Assembly (NCBI RefSeq): GCF_006345805.1
Contig: NC_043008.1
Coordinates: 53,568,001 to 53,632,000 of the forward strand
DNA: 64,000 nucleotides
Origin: Octopus sinensis
Lineage: Eukaryota
Direction: 5' to 3'
Both the position numbers and the translations under genes were made by a program. The notes beneath the pieces are model-generated. The model was not told where the DNA came from. It did not search any database and was given only the letters and a program-made list of their open reading frames with translations. This document shows positions 37,286 through 51,464 of this stretch, piece by piece. Each line of letters begins with the position of its first letter. Within the stretch, counting starts at the first letter, position 1.

Positions 37286-37674
37286 GGTCGGGGCAAGTTG
37301 ACACACTGTGTCAACTTGCCCCGACCCCGTTTCCCTCGTAAGCGTAAGCACTGAGAGAAAACCACTAGGGTTTCGCAAGAATCCATTTGTATGGGGTCGT
37401 GAGAGATATTTTACTAACTCCTTCAGGTTTAATACATATAATGCAGTCTTAAACAATATCCAAAATAACTAATTATCAAAAATGTCGAAAATAACATACC
37501 AAGTGGAAAATTTCAATGTTGTCCACGTGTAGCAGACGAACCCTCACAATGGCGACGAAATCAAATGATGGGGAAGCTTATACTAACAGCAGTACTATGA
37601 TGCCATTAAATCGTCTGAAAATAGTTTCGCATTTTCTCTAGAGAAAATGTGTCAACTTGCCCCGATCTCCCCTA
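37286..37674. mobile_element. Partial DNA transposon/MITE with repeated TGTGTCAACTTGCCCCGA motifs
   Basis: Perfect 20-bp palindrome at 37286-37326; third motif copy at 37648-37665 ends ...TCTCCCCTA like a TA-flanked TIR. Confidence 0.7.
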
Positions 37675-37721
37675 TACATACATGCATACGTATATTTATA
37701 TATGCATACATACATATATAT

Positions 37722-37900
37722 GAAAAAACAAGTCAAGATAGAAAATGCTAAAATAATTTTATAAAGAACATTTCAGTACCGGTTTCAATCATTTGAGACC
37801 TTTTCAACTGTAACAATTAAATGATTAAATTTAGAAAAATTAAAAGGAAAGGTTTTTTTAAAGAGTATTTGTATAGTGTTCAAATATAAGTGGCATTTTC
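37722..37900 (-). mobile_element. Penelope-like terminal fragment with variant-core hammerhead at 37774-37810
   Basis: CAG-UUGAAAA-GGUC-UCAAAU-GAUU-GAAAC-CG-GUA-CUG. Confidence 0.55.
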
Positions 37901-37976
37901 CTAGTTTCTGTCTTTCTCTCTCTCTCTTGTTTACACTTGTGGGTTCCAGGTCGTTGTGTTTATATATATATATAAT

Positions 37977-38175
37977 GTGACCGCATGTGTACTGTTGGGG
38001 ATTTTTTTCCTCTGTCTTCCCTTCTCTGGATCTTTCCTTCTCCTATGTTTCCGACGAAGAGCTCCGCTCGAAACGTTAATCCCTCCTTCTTTCCTTCTTT
38101 CCTGAGCGTCCAATAATACTATATTTGTTCCACGTCCTCGCGTTGTTGTGTTTTTTTGTGCTTTCTTGTTTGGAT

Positions 38176-38180
<5 letters not shown>
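37977..38180 (+). mobile_element. About 200-bp Penelope-related terminal repeat with minimal hammerhead
   Basis: GUUU-CCGACGA-A-GAGCUCCGCUC-GAAACGUUA at 38047-38078; closely similar to 52632-52837; (TA)n flanks. Confidence 0.8.
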
Positions 38181-38221
<41 letters not shown>

Positions 38222-39107
38222 AATATATACATATGTACGCAGTGATATACATACATAGTAACGCACGCAGAATCATATAATATCATTTCCAGGAGATGCC
38301 GACTCTGCTCCGAGGAATCTCTGTCTATTTTGTGGACCAATGAGGAGACGATCAATAGAATTTCTGAAAGACTTCATACAAATAAATGTACTTTCGCACA
38401 ATGCAGTAAGAATAAATTTGAGTAACTGTTAACATAACTTACTTTAAGGTATGGATGAATTAAGTCTAGCTTTAACCTCCCCATTCTTTCTAACTCGCTA
38501 TGTGAACATGTGTGCTCCAAAGCACACGTGTTCATATACTTACATCTTCGTGGATGCTTGCATGAGTGAGTGTACATGCGCCATACAGCTTGCGCGTGGG
38601 CGCTTATTCATCCATGTCCGTTACAGTTATCTTAAATACTTTTCTCGCTGTATTGCACGTTCGCTGCCTTTTGGCATTTATTATTTTATTCTTCAGAAAT
38701 ATTAAATTTCTAAATATCTCATAGAGATATGTGCGGTGGTGGAGCGATAGAGTGGTTGTATGCATGTCTCTAGATGCAGGCCTAGCTGTTGGGGGTGTTT
38801 GTTTCCCCTTCGTAAATATATAAGGACACAGGAAATGTGTCAAGGCCGACAAGAAGCGTCGATTCTTCCTAGGGCTAAATAGCGGTGGTGTAATTCCCTT
38901 TATGGGACTGTCATTTTAAGTTGACAGTATACAACCACTCTATTTTATTCTTGATCTGTTATATAAATCCTTTAATTTTCTGCTTTTCCTTATACGAAAT
39001 GAGAAGATACATTACGAAACTGTTATTTTAACGAGTTATGTCTATTTATCGCCCGAAGAAACCCACCTGCATCGTTCGATGCTTCTGAACTAGTTGTTAA
39101 GTATTCC

Positions 39108-39196
39108 AATCCTGATGGTTTGATGCTAGATGTGCCGAAACAATTGTAGTGATTAATAAAAATTACCGTATCTTCCACTTCCGTCTTTCATTTACC

Positions 39197-39200
<4 letters not shown>
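39108..39200 (+). ncRNA. Decayed hammerhead-like motif near a 3' end that abuts (TA)n
   Basis: AAUC-CUGAUGG...GCC-GAAAC-AAUU-GUA-GUGAUU with palindromic stem III. Confidence 0.5.
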
Positions 39201-39247
<47 letters not shown>

Positions 39248-39280
39248 TACAGACCCCCCGAGGCTACAGAAAACACTTGT

Positions 39281-39611
39281 GAAGGCGCATGGCTCAGTGG
39301 TTTGAGTGTCGAGCTTACGATCGTGAGGTTGTGAGTTCGAATCCAGGACCGGGCTGCGTGTTGTATCTTGAGCAAGACACTTTATTTCACGTTGCTCCAG
39401 TTCACCCAGTTGTAGAAATGAGTTGCGACGTCACAGGTTCCAAGCTGTATCGGCCTTTGCCTTTCCCTTGGATAACACTGGTGGCGTGGAGAGGAGAGTT
39501 GATATGCATGGGTGACTGCTGGTCTTCAATAAAACAGCCTTGCCCAGACTTTTACCTGGGAAGGTAACTTTCTAGGTGGAATCCCACGGCCAGTCATGAC
39601 CGAAGGGGGTC
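39281..39611 (+). mobile_element. Family C SINE, full length
   Basis: A box TGGCTCAGTGG, B box GAGTTCGAATCC, body TTGAGCAAGACACTTTATTTCACGTTGCTCCAG. Confidence 0.88.
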
Positions 39612-39619
39612 TCATATGC

Positions 39620-39676
<57 letters not shown>

Positions 39677-39959
39677 GAGGCAGAGAGCGTAATGTGGCAT
39701 CGGCAAAATGTTTAAGCATGTATATAGGTATATGTACACATACATGCGTGTACATACGCATAAAGGTGTGCGTATTTGTGTGTGTGTATTTGTGATTGTG
39801 TGTGTGATTTTGTGTATGTTTGTATGTGTGCATGTATGTGTTTGTGTGTAATGGTGTAGGTTTTATATTTCCATGAAAGGTGACACCTATTGGATTGTTA
39901 CTCTGAGATATTTTGCCAATTATTCAAGCAGGTTATGAAGCGAAGCAACGAAACAGCGG

Positions 39960-40019
<60 letters not shown>

Positions 40020-40086
40020 AGAGAGAGAGATGCAAATGTACATATATGTATACACACATACAATCTCACACGCACGCACGCACACA

Positions 40087-40145
<59 letters not shown>

Positions 40146-41911
40146 CATACTCAGAAATATTAATTTATTCTCTAGATGTATAAGTTTGAAGTTTATTGAA
40201 TGATATTAACAAGTCTATATCGATTGGTCAGTTATAGAACTCACCATCTCATCTATTTATGGCCCCAGAAACTGTGATCTTTGTCTCTTAGAGAAATATA
40301 ACACCCTATTGCAATTTCTCTGCAATATTTAATAATTTTTCGCAGTTGGTGAATTCATGCAGTACTTACCTTCAAATTTATTGGAAGCTTTCTTATTACT
40401 AAATGGCTTAAATATGATTCCCAGAATAGATTTGGTCATATACTGAAAATGGTCACATATTGAAAAAATTTCAGTTATTCATTAACGCTAAATCTATGTG
40501 GACAAATGCCAACGTTCTTGCTTTTGTGTATTGTACATATATGATACTGAAGATATGTAAATATCTCACATACTTTAGATTACAAATAGATGAATAAATC
40601 ACATGTTCTGCGCATGAAGACCGAATAGGTGATACAGGGTATTTTCTAATTTTTCCCTCAAGCAATGGATCTCAATGAGTAATCCTATTTCGCCGAATTT
40701 GAGAACGTATTAAATTACATACTGTCAACGTTCCGTCTTCAGGCGTGTGAAAGGTATTTACTTGTGTGTATGTATGTGTGCGTTTATGTGTGTGTGTATG
40801 TGTGCATGTGCGTGTGTGAGCACGTTTGTCCATGCATGCTTATGTATTTGTACGTTTATACAGATATATATATATATATTCATATACGTATCCTTTAATT
40901 TATGTTTGACCATATTTGTGTATAATTGTTCATCCCCCTCACACACAAACACATGTAGCTTCTTATTCACCACTCTCTGTTGAGAGTGGTGCTGGAGTTT
41001 GTTGTAGAAATATTGTTATTATTTGTTGCATTGTTCCTGTTCAAATTGCTGAGCTTGTTGAAACAAGATCTTTAGTATTTCAAATGTTCAATTAAGCCGC
41101 TCCCTTGTTGAACACCTAAGCACAGCTTCTCTCTCTGATGATGTTTAGAAAATCTACCACAATAAGAAAAAAAAAACCTCAAAGAAAATTCTATGTATGT
41201 TCATTACGCTTCAATAATCGTTTGTTTAAAATCATGTCGTTGTGTAACATGACTTAATGAATCTCTTAATTGGTAGACGGACATATAATTTACCCGAGGG
41301 AAATATTTCAATTATATCAATACTAATACTTGACTGGTACATATGCTGCCTGTTTCGAACATATGAAACACAAAGTAGATCCCAAAAGATTTGAAAGTTT
41401 GAATCTCGAAGTAAGGCAACGCATTAGTACAAGGCATTTTGTCCCCGATACTATTGACTATACCAAACCGCAATCTTAACATGGCTGTTATAGTTACCAA
41501 CATGCATAGTGTTCGAGCCTGCTGCCGTTACATTGCTGGTTCCTCTTTTCTTTCTTCTTTCATTTGTATAGTAAGAAAGAGATCCAAAATAGTTCTTATC
41601 ACCTAACAAAAAATAAAACTAAATTGCAAGGCGCAGAGGAGCCTCTCTGAGTTTACATAATTTCTACGTTGATGTTTGAGGATCTCGAAGTAGCAGCTAA
41701 ATACCGTCCAGATTTTACTTTAGTTTAAACCATCTGGTCCAGACTGTATAATTCCTAACAGAAAAAAAAGGTGTTGATCACAGCTGAAATACACCTGATT
41801 TACTAGGTGATGAGGGTTTATTTAGGGCTGAGAGGCCATGCAAGAGAAAATTAGGGTCTACTTGGAGGTAAACAACTTCGCCAAATTGGGGCTCATTTAC
41901 AACTCCTGGTG

Positions 41912-41992
41912 AATAAGTCCTGGCGGTCGATTTTCTCGACTAAAGGCGGTACTCCAGCATGGCCACAGTCAAATGACAGAACAAGTAAAAGA
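41912..41992 (+). mobile_element. Family A SINE, 3' tail only (5'-truncated)
   Basis: AATAAGTCCTGG...GGCGGTACTCCAGCATGGCCACAGTCAAATGAC...AAGTAAAAGA. Confidence 0.88.
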
Positions 41993-41993
41993 A

Positions 41994-42028
<35 letters not shown>

Positions 42029-42199
42029 TTGTGACAGTAACAGTGATTCGGTTCTATGCAACTTAAAGTGATTTGTAGACGCATCACTCGAACCTAGATC
42101 GTCAAGCTTATTCATGTGTGTGTATATATTATATATGCATGTATATATATGTGTGTGTGTTCATTGATATATATACATACATGCATACATACATATATA

Positions 42200-42286
<87 letters not shown>

Positions 42287-42631
42287 TAAGGTTCTGTCGT
42301 GTTAAAAATGATGTACTACATGGAACAATTGAGCAGCAATTAAACATACATTCTATATATTTAATATAGATTTATATAGTAATAATAATTTTATGTTTAT
42401 TGAAAACATTTTGAAGGATCCATAGGGAATTAGATATGAAGGTAATTAAATGTAAGGGTAAGGTATTACATTAATTATTACATTATTTTATTGAACTTTT
42501 AACAATAAAACCTCTTTCGTCAATTGTTGAACATTTCTCCATCAATTATTTCAATAAATCTCTAGTGATTTAATGAAATATAAGTAAAAATGACAATTTG
42601 AACATATCAAATTTTAATCATGTTCTCGAAA

Positions 42632-43035
42632 GGCGTTGATGTGTGGTACAAAGCTTGCTTCCCAACCATATCGTTCCAGGTTCAGTCCCACAGCTTAGGC
42701 AAGTATTTTCTACTATAGACTGAGTCCAATCAAAATCCTGTGAGTGGATTTGGTGGACGGAAACTGAAAGAGACCCTCGCATGTATATATACGTGTGGTG
42801 TGTGTGTGTGTGTGTGTGTTTGTGTGTTTGTGGTTGTCCCCAGCATCGCTTGACAACCGAGGTTCATGTATTAACGTCTCTGTAACTTATCGGTTCGGCA
42901 AACGAGAAAGATAGAACAATTATCAGGTTTTAAAAGAACAGTTGTAGGGTTAATTCATTCGACTAATATACTTCAAGGCAGTGCCACAGGATGGCAATAT
43001 TCCAATGACAGAAAGAAGTAGAAAGATAGAAAGAT
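42632..43035 (+). mobile_element. Family A SINE, older diverged copy
   Basis: Colinear head, internal (TG)n, body and tail. Confidence 0.85.
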
Positions 43036-43164
43036 GGCTTGTGTGAGAGAATGCGGAAAGAGTTTACAAATTTCACTGATTACATTTTAGTTATACTCGC
43101 TTATAAACAAATGATGTCATGTACATTTGCAGTCGAAGATTAACGTTCCTAAACAATTTGTATA

Positions 43165-43582
43165 TTCTTTTACTTGTTTCCGTCATTTCACTACGGTAAT
43201 GCTGAAGCATTGCTTTAAAGGGTTTTAATTAGACAAGACGACCCAAGGACTTATTCTTACTATTCTTACTTATTCTCTCGGTCCCTTTTGCCGAACCGCT
43301 AGGCCACTGGGACGTGAACACACCAACATCAATTGTCAAGCAATGGTGAGAGGAAAAGCAAAGACACGCAGACATAAAAACATACACACACACACACACA
43401 CACATACATATATATAAGTGTAAGACGGTCTTTCAGTTTCCGTCTACCAAATCCACCCACAAGGCTTTGGTCGGCCCGAGGCTATAGTAGAAGACACCTG
43501 CCCAAGGTGCCACGCAGTGGGACTGAACCCGGAACCGTGTTGTTGGGAAGCAAGCTTTTTACGACACAAACGCGTCAGCGCC
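43165..43582 (-). mobile_element. Family A SINE, full length
   Basis: Reverse-complement match. Confidence 0.9.
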
Positions 43583-43618
43583 TATATATTAATATATTAT
43601 TGATATATTATTAATATG

Positions 43619-43649
<31 letters not shown>

Positions 43650-43657
43650 TATATATA

Positions 43658-44053
43658 TACTCTTTTACTTTTTTACTCTTTTACTTGTTTCAGTCATTTG
43701 ACTGTGGCCATGCTGGACCACCGCCTTTAGTCTAGCAAATCGATCCCAGGACTTATTCGTTGTAAGCCTAGTACGTATTCTATCGGTGTCTCATGCCGAA
43801 CCGCTAAGGTACGGGACGTAAACACACCAGCATCGGTTGTCAAGCGATGTTGTGGGGGGCACTCATGCATATATATCTATATACATATATACGGCGGGCT
43901 TCTTTCAGTTTCCGTTTACCAAATCCACTCACAAGGCTTCGGTCGGTCCGAGGCTATAGTAAAAGACACTTGTCAAGGTGACACGCAGTGGAATTGAACC
44001 CTTAACCATGAGGTTCGTAAGCAAGCTTCTTACCACACAGCCACTCCTACGCC
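43658..44053 (-). mobile_element. Family A SINE, full length
   Basis: Reverse-complement match. Confidence 0.92.
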
Positions 44054-44104
44054 TATAGATATTTACATACATACATACATACACACACAAATATATATAT
44101 ATAC

Positions 44105-44135
<31 letters not shown>

Positions 44136-44165
44136 ATATATATATAATATATATATATATGTATA

Positions 44166-44213
<48 letters not shown>

Positions 44214-44830
44214 ATATATATTATATATATATATATATTTAACCAAGAATATGATAATCGATTCATACCTTGCATTGGTCTAACGAAAAGTAAGCATTTT
44301 GTTTTTGTTTTTACGTTTACATCCTGGCCCTCAATAGATCGTCATTGGCGTCACCGCCATTAACACCTACGCCATCATCAACCTTATCGTCATAACCATC
44401 CTCATCAATTCATAATCAACTGTATCAAAACAAAAGATCGTTATCCCTTATCACCGTGTAATCTCAATATATTCCCACTATCACTATTGTAAACACTATT
44501 ATTATAGTCTTACGTGTATTATCTGGTAGCCTGCCTAACAATCTTATCAACAACACCTTATCAATGGTATCTTCGTATCTTACATCGTATTAACATCATC
44601 ATCAGCATCCATTCTTCCCCCCACCCCATCACTGGTCTTTCTCCTCTTTCTTCGTCATCCTCGCAGCAAAAGTAGCAGCGGCAGCAACAGTAGCAGCAGC
44701 AGCAACAGCAGCAGCAGCATTGCTCTTCTAAATTTCATTTAATTCGTCAGCTTCGATTGCTCTTAATAAATTGTCGTAGTTGTTTTTCTAATTTCACGAA
44801 GTCGTGTTAATTATTACTTCTCTGTCTCAC

Positions 44831-44864
<34 letters not shown>

Positions 44865-45786
44865 CCTTTCTTTCTCTCTTTCACACACACACACACATAC
44901 ACACACATACATACGCATACATTTATCATCGTCATTTGTACTGTGTACAATGAGACCTGAAGTAGTAATTTGCATATTCATCCTGAACACGTTCCGGCAG
45001 ATTCGAACGCTGATACTCAGTTTGCTGTTTTGTACATCACGAGAGAACATATTTTCCCTTTTGCCCAGACTTTATACGTTCATAACGCTCTGAGTTCATT
45101 GGCACAAGGAATTCTTATCATTACTGTTACGACGCGCAATGTCTCGTCAGCCAGTAGTATATGTGCGCAGGTAAAAAGAAGGGCTCCTCCTGACAGACCG
45201 CACTGTGGTTCTTTGACAGCTCCCCAGCGGGACTGAACCCGGAAGCATATGGCTGGGAATCCATGCCGGCCAGTTCAATATCGAAATCCTACCTCAACTA
45301 AAAACCCTTATATTGCATCTGATATTAGTACAATTTATATTTTTCATGTAGTCTCCAATGAACAATGCCCGTAATGCTCAGTTGAATGTTCATTGGAACG
45401 TCGTATTCTATTTAAGCATGTTTATTGCATTCGCTCACTGAGCGGCTTTCTTTTTCACTTTCCATAACGTTGTATACATACGTAAAGATAATTCAGCATT
45501 CTTACCATATATGCGACATTTACCATAGTTTGTTTTATGTCATAAGACCTAAGTAACTCTGGTAATTGGAAAAAAATTGGGGTTGTGCATCATATATATG
45601 ACACAGGGGCAGCATAGAAATATGTCTGGAGATAATGTGATGCACAAGACAGTTAAAAGATTAAGATTTCAAAAATGAGATGAAAAACACATAAATTTAT
45701 AAAATATATTTCAAACAATCTCTCTGCGAGTTCGTTGCTATGAATTCTCTACGAGGTCGTATGACCAACTATTTTATTATTTCTCC

Positions 45787-45828
<42 letters not shown>

Positions 45829-45893
45829 ATATATATATATTATATAATATTATATATATATATATATAATATATATATATATATTATATATAT

Positions 45894-46121
45894 ATTTGGT
45901 TATTCGGAAAGTTCGTACCGATTTATAGTAGCTTACCTTTCGACTTACACTCCCAGGCACCGCAATTCTGGGAAGAGGGTATTTTCAAGTTAGAGGAAAG
46001 ATGGTGACGCATTGTGCAAGAAAATGGTTCATATTTGGCTGATTAAAAATGTAATGGCAAGTATTTATTGACCTTTTTCTTTCCTTTAAAAATCGGCAGG
46101 AACTTTCCGGACTGTCCAATA
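45894..46121 (+). mobile_element. Internally deleted mariner element
   Basis: TIRs TTGG.....CGGAAAGTTC.T.CCGATTT at both ends, TA flanks; interior encodes QFWEEGIFKLEERW*RIVQENGSYLAD*, the mariner transposase C-terminus. Confidence 0.9.
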
Positions 46122-47165
46122 TATACAAATATATATCGTTCTATGGCCATTTATCTGTAGACAACCAGCCATATAGATATATAACTACAGAAAATGCAGC
46201 TGGGTCGATTATTTTGATATTTCATTTGTTTCTCTCTAGATGTAGAGGCGTTTAATTTGTTGATGTGATAGTTAATAGGCTGTTTGAAAATATATTGATA
46301 AACATTTATTAATTTTTAATATGTAGCTGACCTGAGCAGATTAATCATGTTATTCCCTGTTTCCAATAACAATATGAAGGTCGTTTATATAAATGACAGT
46401 TAATAAAGGTCCCAAAAATAAACAGACAAAAAGCGAAAAGAAAACAAATATACACTCATAGGAAACGGCTTTTATTGATATCAAATATATTGGATTTGAA
46501 AATAATTACAGACACAATAATTCTTCAAATTTGTTGTAATTAGACCGTGAACTTCTCATTACGCTACTCTTCTAATTGGCTAATGTCGGAAAAATAACCT
46601 TATGACTCACATCAAATATATATAGCGAAATAAAAAAATTACTTGTCGGTAGAGATGTGTGTATGTGTGTGTGTGCATGATCATGCATGTATTAAATACA
46701 AAAACGATTGTAATACATGCATTTCTGAGAATGTATTGAATATATACCGAATATATTGACCAATACGGCTTCCATTTTAAATAATAGTTTCGAGAAAATA
46801 GCTTTTTTGTGCCACGAATCGAAACATTTGAAACACTTTGTGGGTATATGTTCCAGAAAGCCTCTTTCTCTCCCTTTCTCTGTTCCCTACACACACGCAC
46901 GCATAGACAGACACATATATAAATGAACTTATAAATGTACTAATGTATAAATATATGCGTATGTCAGTATACATCTGTCTGTGTATATGTATATATATAC
47001 ATGTAGATGCATGAGTGTGTATGTATATATATATATATAAATATATATATATGTATATGTATATGTATGTATGTATCTATCTATATATATATATATCTGT
47101 GTGTGTGTGTGTGTGTGTATGTGTGTGTGCGTGTGTGCGTGTGTGTGTGTGTGTGCGTGTGTGTG

Positions 47166-47218
<53 letters not shown>

Positions 47219-47281
47219 GACGTCACTAAACTGACAGAGGGCACAAAATGGTACAGCATTGCTAGAAATAAAAGTCAAAAC

Positions 47282-47669
47282 GACTCATTATCCCAAGAAC
47301 ATTATCTTAATAAATTGACAAGGGAGATAAAACTCGCTACGGTCGCAGATATAGTCATATCACGTGATTTCAAATTTTGATACTGAGCATCTTAATTCTC
47401 GTCAGTGGCTCTTACTGCACCTAGGGTTAATCTCAGTTCACCTCGTCAACTAATATGAAATAATATTAGCGTTTTGAAAATAATATTAGTGTTTTGAAAT
47501 CAGTATATGCTTTCGACAGCGTTTCTTATAAGTTGACAACGGGGGTTGAGCCACTACGAGAATTAAGCTGCTCTGCATCAAAATTCGAAATGAGGTAATA
47601 TGGCTATACCTGCAACCGTAGGGAGCTTTGTCTCTTTTGTCATCTTATTAAGATAGTGGCTAATGAGTC
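47282..47669. mobile_element. Foldback/MITE element with roughly 125-bp imperfect inverted arms
   Basis: 47282-47411 pairs with 47548-47669; an inner inverted pair (about 47441-47460 and 47522-47543) surrounds a 20-bp tandem duplication. Confidence 0.85.
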
Positions 47670-48770
47670 ACACAGGAGAGCAAGGGAGAAGGGGAGATAA
47701 TAAAGTAGTGGCGATCCCAAAACGAAGGTGGTGCGATCGTATGTATAAGAGAGTTTGTATGTGCGTGTGGAAGAGGGCTGGTGATCTTGACGTGAACGTG
47801 TTTGTATATGCTGGTGTATGTATGCATATACGAGTGAATGTACAAACGAAAGAAGAGCATTCAACCAATTTATTGGAAGTTACATGGATGGATCAAAACA
47901 GTTTGATTCAAGTTCTTTGTTACTCTTGAGTTTTAAGCGCGAGGCTAGTCGTCAGCCATTTTGAATTTGTATGACAGAAAGTGATTGTTATTACCGTAAG
48001 GTAGGTTGCGAGTGGTGGAGAGTGTGGTCACGCGGTGTTGTGGCTGTATGTTGGTATATATGTAACAGCTAGTTTGAAAATACGGCATTGCGAACAGGAA
48101 ATTGACCACGTGGATGACAGGAAATAGTCTAGAAATCAGACAGGTTGATGGGGGAGAAGTTGGTAGGAGCGGCATATGCAAGTATATAGTTCTATATGTG
48201 GCTGTGCAGACGCGTTCATATGGTTTTGCGTTCATGTGTATATTGATGCGAGTGTGCGCATCTGTCCATAGGTACGCACGCGTACGTCTGCACATACACA
48301 CACAAACACACGATTGGAGCAATAAGCACGCGCACATACGCACACACATACGCACACATACGTACGCATACGCACACGTGCACACACGTACATGTACGCA
48401 CGCATACGCACACACACACACAGACATGGACGCACATACACGAACGCACACATAAGCGTATTCGTTCACATGTATATATGTATATTCACATGCATGTACA
48501 TACGTATATCAGCGTGCGCACCCACACGTACGCACGCACGCAAGGAAAAGCTAAGCTAAGAGCATTAGATTCCTTGGAAGAAAGCAGACGGAAAAAAGAA
48601 AACGGAGAATGTTACACAAATACAAATAACAGGACATAACAACTGGTGTCTTTAGACTAAGGACGAATTCAATTAAGCTGGCATGTGTTGAAATAAAGCC
48701 TTACGGCAGAGGTACAAGAGTTCACGGGCACAGGGAGGAATATACATGTTGCACGGACGACGGCCGAACG

Positions 48771-48847
<77 letters not shown>

Positions 48848-48896
48848 CATACATATATATAGTATATGCACACACGCTTATACACACACAATATGA

Positions 48897-49037
48897 GTTT
48901 GTTTCAGTTTCTGTCGACTAAATCCAGATGCACTAGACTTTGGTCGGTCCAAGCTGCTACTGCAGGGCAATGGGACTAAAACCCAGACCCCATGCTTGGG
49001 AAGCAATCTTCTCAACCACAAACCCCATGCCTGCGCC
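48897..49037 (-). mobile_element. Family A SINE, diverged 5' half
   Basis: TTTCAGTTTCTGTC..CTAAATCC...GGGAAGCAA..TTCT.AACCACA...CCTGCGCC. Confidence 0.75.
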
Positions 49038-49168
49038 TCTCGTAATCGCTTGATTGAGTTGATCTGATATTGTAGCTTCAGCGACCGTGTAGTCAGTAAA
49101 TTTGCGTGTATATATGTATACATACATACATACATATATATATATATTAACACACACACATAATAGTG

Positions 49169-49203
<35 letters not shown>

Positions 49204-49339
49204 GCTTATATATTTGCTTTCAATATACATATACATATATATATATATATATATATCTTATATATTTGCTTAAATATATTATTATATTATATATATATAT
49301 TATATATGTATATATTTTGCTTTATATATACATATACAT

Positions 49340-49372
<33 letters not shown>

Positions 49373-49386
49373 CTTATATATATGCT

Positions 49387-49427
<41 letters not shown>

Positions 49428-50162
49428 GTATATATATAAAAACATAGGTGAGTATCCATGCATATACTTACAGATATGTACGCATGTGTATATGTGTATA
49501 TACGTATGTAATATATGCATGCGTATATGTAATACGTGCGTGTGTGTGTGTATGCATGTATGTGTGAATATAACCATTGCTTAAGTCCAATCCTATTATA
49601 AATACGAAGAAAACTTGAAACGAATGTTGAGTTATAATTTGTTTCTCATTATTTTTTTCACATTATTCTCTTCGTTCACACGCTTAAAGTATGGAACATT
49701 TTGAGCAGACGTAACACTGAAAGGAGCGCAGAAACTATTAGAAACAAAACAAGAGTCATCTTTGAAAGTCTATTTAAATACAAATACATTTATTGATCTG
49801 CGACAAAGAAATACGTAAGCCTAAGAATACTTAGAAATAATATTGTTTCATTTATATAACCACAACGTACCTACTTATTTTCAAAATAAACTATCGTTAA
49901 TCAATGCTTTAACAAAAGAATATATATTTACTAAATAGGATTGGCTATAGGCATATGTTTTTAAGCTGCCACGACTATTTAACTCGTCGCCATTTTAAAA
50001 TATAATTTTAAAACTGTCCCAACAATTATATCTTCAACTATATGACAATTTGCCAAATCGAAACAGAAAAATATTAATAAATAAACTATGATTCCTAACA
50101 AAGGCACATGGTGTAGATGGTAGGTTCTTCATTGAAGCCCAATATTTGAACTCGAAGTTGTT

Positions 50163-50660
50163 GAGCTGGCAGAAACGTTAGCACGCCGGGCGAAATGCTC
50201 GGCGATATCAGTTACGCACTGGGGTCGATGTAATCGACTTAATCCGTTCGTCTGTCCTTGTTTATCCTCTCTGTGTTTAGCCCTTTGTGGCTAGTCAAGA
50301 AATAGGTATTTCGTCTGACGTTACGTTCTGGGTTCAAATTCTGCCGACGTCGACTTTGCCTGTTATCCTTTTGGGGTCGGTTAAATAAGTACCAGTTACG
50401 CACTGGGGTGGATATAATCAACTTAATCCGTGTGTCTGTCCTTGTTTGTCCCCCCTGTTTTAGCCCCTCGTGGGTAGTAAAGAAATAGAAATAGATATTT
50501 CGTTTGTCTTTACGTTCCGAGTTCAAATTTCGCCTAGGTGGACTTTGCCTTTCATCCTTTTCGGGGTCAATAATTTAAGTACCAGTTGTATACTGCGGTC
50601 GGTCCAATCGACTGCGCCCCACACCGAAAATTTTGGACCTTGTACTTAGAGTAGAAAAGA
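50163..50660 (+). mobile_element. Head-to-tail tandem of three partial family B SINE units
   Basis: CAGTTACGCACTGGGGT...TTAATCCG..GTCTGTCCTTGTTT repeats; units 2 and 3 restart inside the tRNA head at TATTTCGT. Confidence 0.88.
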
Positions 50661-51394
50661 ATATTTGATTTCTATTTTATTCTACAGTTTCATGACAGGT
50701 GAAGGGTATAAGATCACCGTCAGTATTTGCCGTCTATAACATGATGATAACTCTGCTTAAGTGTATTTATTTACAGACATGATTCTCATAGGCTTCACCC
50801 TTATTCTATGCGGATTGTGTTGTCTTTCATACGGTCTGAGGTATGCTGAATTATTCCTATGTCACTCCAGCTTTAAATACAGCAACGACGTATATATCGT
50901 CCTCACACATTCTCGAGAATTAGTTGTTAGAGAAGTAAGGCTATTTATATACACATTACTCCTGTCAGCAATCGCTTTTCGTTTCCATTGAAATCCTTAA
51001 TAAAAACATTCTTTAATCTGGTCGTATTAGAACACATGGACGTATGGCTTGCAGGCTTGAACGTCGAACAACATTATGGCCAAGACGTTACCTGGGACTA
51101 TTTTTGTTGTAAAAATTATTTTGCTTAAGATTAAACAAGTTGCTTTATTTCATACTAATAGCTATTTACATCAATTTGTAGTCAGAGTTTGAAGGACATC
51201 CACGAGAGTAACAGTAACATAGCAAGGTACAGACCAGCGTCAAAAGCTATCTTATAGTGTTGCCATACTGATGCTAGACATCAGTGCGATGTTGCTTCAC
51301 TGCTTATGGATAGCCTAATTGATGAAGAGCTGTCTGACAAGACCCAAAAATGCATTTTTCTCTCTACCTTCTCATTTTCCATAATGTTGCAAAG

Positions 51395-51395
<1 letters not shown>

Positions 51396-51464
<69 letters not shown>

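Noticed and set aside
39281-39355. tRNA-like sequences with A/B boxes (also 1-66, 19250-19319, 25050-25137)
   Set aside because: No complete cloverleaf; each continues into a multi-copy SINE body.
51308-51336. TGATGAAGAGCTGTC resembles the 3' part of a miR-22/745-family microRNA as I recall it
   Set aside because: Seed region does not match and only a 7-bp hairpin forms, not a pre-miRNA.
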